From the NCBI RefSeq assembly GCF_014779765.1, contig NZ_JACXZA010000002.1, positions 824,066 to 848,065 of the forward strand: a stretch of DNA of 24,000 nucleotides, in the 5' to 3' direction. Shown here one piece after another: positions 21,490 to 24,000 of the stretch (position 1 is its first letter; each line of letters begins with the position of its first letter). The position numbers and the translations under genes are program-made. Below the pieces are notes generated by a model that saw nothing but the letters and a program-made list of their open reading frames with translations, was not told the origin of the DNA and made no database searches. This DNA comes from Paenibacillus terricola. Its GTDB lineage: Bacteria > Bacillota > Bacilli > Paenibacillales > Paenibacillaceae.

Positions 21490-22248
21490 TCATTTAACCT
21501 GTCCAACACTCGCTAGAAACCGAAGAATCGTATCATTAACCAGAACGGGATATTCCCTTGTCATATGTGGTCGATGACTTCCGCCCGGCACTACATCATA
21601 CATCGAACCCGCGACAAGTGATGATAACCATCTTACCTTCTCCTCACCGGCATAAGGATCATGCTCCCCTGTGATGAATAACGACGGACATGAGATTGTT
21701 CTTAGCTGCTCCTCTGTCAATTGCGGATACAGTCGCCAATCCTGCGCCGATTGCCGCATGAATTGCTGCCAATCTCCTCGATGCGCTTCTTCATGCCGTT
21801 CGATCATTTGATTGATCGTATCCTGCCGGTGATGCACCAGCAGCCATTCTGGTTCAAATTGTTCAACGCCATCGGGCTCACATGTTCCGCCTGTCCCGAT
21901 CGTTGTCAGGGAAGCGACCCTATTCGAATGATTCACAGCGATATATAAGCCGACATTCGCACCAGAGCTGTATCCTACGATATGAGCTTTATCAATGCCA
22001 AGTTGATCCATGAATGCGATGATATCGTTAGCGTGACCTGGTGTTGACCATTCCAGATTGCTGCAGCGGGTACGACCATGTCCTCGAAAGTCAGGGAAGT
22101 AACAGCTATATTGCTGCTGAAAATCAAGCATCTGACTCGCGAAAGCTAATATCCCGCGGGAGTAATGGCTATGCAAGAAAATGAGCGCTTCCGAAGCGCC
22201 CATTTTCTCATAGAACATCTCCATATCATTGATCTGTACATAAGGCAT
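21490..22248 (-). CDS. Alpha/beta-fold hydrolase
   Basis: The nucleophile elbow HIVGYSSGANVG (GxSxG) is present. The oxyanion-region LIFLHSH lies near the N-terminus, and a C-terminal His sits in GGSHRPHM. 252 aa. Confidence 0.85.
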   Translation of the reverse strand: MPYVQINDMEMFYEKMGASEALIFLHSHYSRGILAFASQMLDFQQQYSCYFPDFRGHGRTRCSNLEWSTPGHANDIIAFMDQLGIDKAHIVGYSSGANVGLYIAVNHSNRVASLTTIGTGGTCEPDGVEQFEPEWLLVHHRQDTINQMIERHEEAHRGDWQQFMRQSAQDWRLYPQLTEEQLRTISCPSLFITGEHDPYAGEEKVRWLSSLVAGSMYDVVPGGSHRPHMTREYPVLVNDTILRFLASVGQVK

Positions 22249-22283
22249 ACTCCACTGGCCTCCGTAACCATATGCGGTTCATC

Positions 22284-22538
22284 TTATTCGATATCTGTGA
22301 GCACTTCATTCTCTCGTTTAAGATGATGTTCATCCATTCGCTTGCGAAGCTCAGCAATCTCAATAAGGCGCTTCTCCATCCGTTCCTGCCGCTTAAGCTT
22401 AAACTGATTGATAATATCACTTGGTGTCTGAGCATCCAGCAAGTTCAGGAGCGCTTGATCGGTCTCCTGCCTTTGCTCCAATCGTTGCAGCCTATACTTC
22501 AATACGACTTCGCTTGTAGTTGGTCTAGATTGCGCCAT
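22284..22538 (-). CDS. Small coiled-coil hypothetical protein (84 aa)
   Basis: ATG 22538 is preceded by GGAGGTG with a 6-nt spacer; the track start 22586 lacks an SD. The product MAQSRPTTSEVVLKYRLQRLEQRQETDQALL...KRQERMEKRLIEIAELRKRMDEHHLKRENE is highly charged with a heptad-like pattern. Confidence 0.55.
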   Translation of the reverse strand: MAQSRPTTSEVVLKYRLQRLEQRQETDQALLNLLDAQTPSDIINQFKLKRQERMEKRLIEIAELRKRMDEHHLKRENEVLTDIE

Positions 22539-22609
22539 TGAGAACACCTCCACCATTATTCTATTCAAGGGTGAGATGTGCCACAACTAGACGAATCACA
22601 ATCCTATGT

Positions 22610-23002
22610 TCAATCGCTATTCTTATTACCCGAGCCAAAACCGATGACATAGCCGTCAGGATCCTTCACCGAAAACTCCTTCCACACACCCCAATCAAAT
22701 TCGATCTCGACTGGTTCAGCGGCAATATTCGCGCCATTCGACTTTAGTTCTTCGAATAGTGTGTCGAGCTCGCCATGCGTGCGAACATACGCGTACGTAT
22801 TCCAATGATTACGGTTAGGACGAACGTCTTCGATCGATTCTGCTTGAATGAGTTTGAAGCCCAATGCGAAGTCATCGCGAATCGCCCAGAAATCATTCAC
22901 GTCACATCCAAATGCTTCGGAATAATAAGCCTGCGAACGTGCCAGGTCCGATACTAACAATACCGTCAACGAATTTTCGATTCTTGCTTTAACGATTTCC
23001 AC
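22610..23002 (-). CDS. VOC-family protein (glyoxalase/bleomycin-resistance/dioxygenase fold)
   Basis: 130 aa. LLVSDLARSQAYYSEAFGCDV and the C-terminal FSVKDPDGYVIGFG match the paired beta-alpha-beta-beta-beta module pattern. GTG start with AGAGGAG upstream. Confidence 0.8.
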   Translation of the reverse strand: MEIVKARIENSLTVLLVSDLARSQAYYSEAFGCDVNDFWAIRDDFALGFKLIQAESIEDVRPNRNHWNTYAYVRTHGELDTLFEELKSNGANIAAEPVEIEFDWGVWKEFSVKDPDGYVIGFGSGNKNSD

Positions 23003-23091
23003 AGCTAGAACGCTCCTCTATAATATGGAATAATTACCCACTAATAGAATAGCGAATATATGTTCGGTTGTAAACATGAACTTGTAGTTAT

Positions 23092-24000
23092 TTATTCATT
23101 TCGATTAATACCTTCCAATAGCGGTTTCAGCTGCTTCTCCCAAATCCTCTTCGGGTTATATTGCTGTCTTGCAATCGTTTTGGCGCGCAGCATCGTCTCT
23201 CCCTCCATCCGCTTCGCGATGGCAGCCGCGTGCTCTCGAATATAGGCCTCCTCAGAGGGGTTATATTGCTCCTTCGTCTCATACCCGAAGTTACGGGCAT
23301 TCCACCTCATGAAATAGGCATTCATCTGTCTTCCCAGCTCTTCCAACGCCGGGACCGCTTCATTCAGTACAATGAAATTGCCCCGAGACGCTGCTTCAAG
23401 CACAATAAGTCCGAATGACTCCGAATAAGAGGAACAAATAAACAAATTGCTAAGCCCGAATAATTCCATCACAGCTTGATGTGGTAAACCGTCTGGCCAG
23501 CCCTCGTCCGATGTAAAAACCACACCTTTTCCTTCAAGCCCGAAGCGCTCTCCTGCCTGTCGAATTTGTTGCTTATATGCTTCGCTGCTAATATCCATCG
23601 ACGGGAAATCACAGAACACGATCTTAGCGTCGAGTCCGGTCTCGACAGTCATTGCCCCTACCAAGGCAGCCGCCTTATCGAATTGCTTGCCTGGCGTCAG
23701 TCTGCCGGGATAGATCGCTAGAATATCCGGGGTCATCAGATCCACGCGCGATCCCAACTGACGCAGCGCTTCACTGGATTCAGCATATGGATTCCAACTA
23801 TTCGAGATCACGTGGCACCGTGCCGGATCAATTCCATACTGCCGAGCTAGCGCTGGAAGCCCCGAAGCAGTCGGATAAATATATTCCGTATTCGGCATCG
23901 CTTGAAACCTTGCAGACAGCGGCCAATTCGCACGGAACGGCCGTACAGCAGGAAGCGAATGCGTCATCGCGAGGAACCGAAGATGCGGCAGACGCTCCTG
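23092..24000 (-). CDS. GT4-family (GT-B fold) glycosyltransferase, 5-prime partial (continues past the window end)
   Basis: The C-terminal Rossmann domain carries SSYSESFGLIVLEAASRGNFIVLNEAVPALEE, the E-x7-E-like region of retaining GT4 enzymes. The reading frame stays open upstream of M at 23967 to the window edge (QERLPHLRFLA-MTHS). Confidence 0.8.
   Translation of the reverse strand, partial: QERLPHLRFLAMTHSLPAVRPFRANWPLSARFQAMPNTEYIYPTASGLPALARQYGIDPARCHVISNSWNPYAESSEALRQLGSRVDLMTPDILAIYPGRLTPGKQFDKAAALVGAMTVETGLDAKIVFCDFPSMDISSEAYKQQIRQAGERFGLEGKGVVFTSDEGWPDGLPHQAVMELFGLSNLFICSSYSESFGLIVLEAASRGNFIVLNEAVPALEELGRQMNAYFMRWNARNFGYETKEQYNPSEEAYIREHAAAIAKRMEGETMLRAKTIARQQYNPKRIWEKQLKPLLEGINRNE

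Overview
This 24 kb window looks like chromosomal DNA from a Paenibacillus-like Firmicute. That call is an inference from strong GGAGG-type ribosome-binding sites, Bacillus-type gene synteny and intrinsic terminators. About 25 genes are present, almost all on the minus strand.

Recognisable housekeeping and accessory content:
- XRE-HTH/pentapeptide-repeat regulator
- yuaF(NfeD)-floT(flotillin)-GNAT operon
- DHDPS-family lyase
- APH-type phosphotransferase
- Selenouridine pair selD and mnmH (selU), with a divergent ArsP/UPF0718-type permease
- ROK-family regulator
- ECF41 (SigJ-like) sigma factor operon (FAD oxidoreductase, sigma, SDR) with a matching ECF41-type promoter
- Secreted GH12 endoglucanase with a sigma-A promoter and a cre-like box
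- Lone 2-oxoacid dehydrogenase E1-beta gene
- Alpha/beta hydrolase, VOC protein and a partial GT4 glycosyltransferase

The most interesting locus is a tightly coupled minus-strand operon at 7950..5411. It encodes a MauE/DoxX-like membrane protein with a CxCFG motif, then three thioredoxin-fold paralogues. One paralogue is membrane-anchored and lacks the CXXC motif; the other two carry CTSC and CSTC. A 134-aa protein of unknown function follows.

The last gene is a 54-aa leaderless peptide with eight cysteines and a near-perfect SD. It is absent from the supplied ORF track because it is under 60 aa. A perfect terminator hairpin follows it directly. I interpret the operon as a disulfide-rich, defensin-like (laterosporulin-like) peptide with its own oxidative-folding module and no recognisable exporter. 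This is a hypothesis.

Other points worth a second look:
- A nested hairpin repeat array fills the whole selD-mnmH spacer.
- The GH12 leader carries a decoy SD and a start-stop codon pair.
- The E1-beta gene has no partner subunits nearby.
- A phosphotransferase gene has decayed to a remnant.
- Several small membrane ORFs are not in the track.

No rRNA, tRNA, CRISPR array or obvious mobile element was seen.
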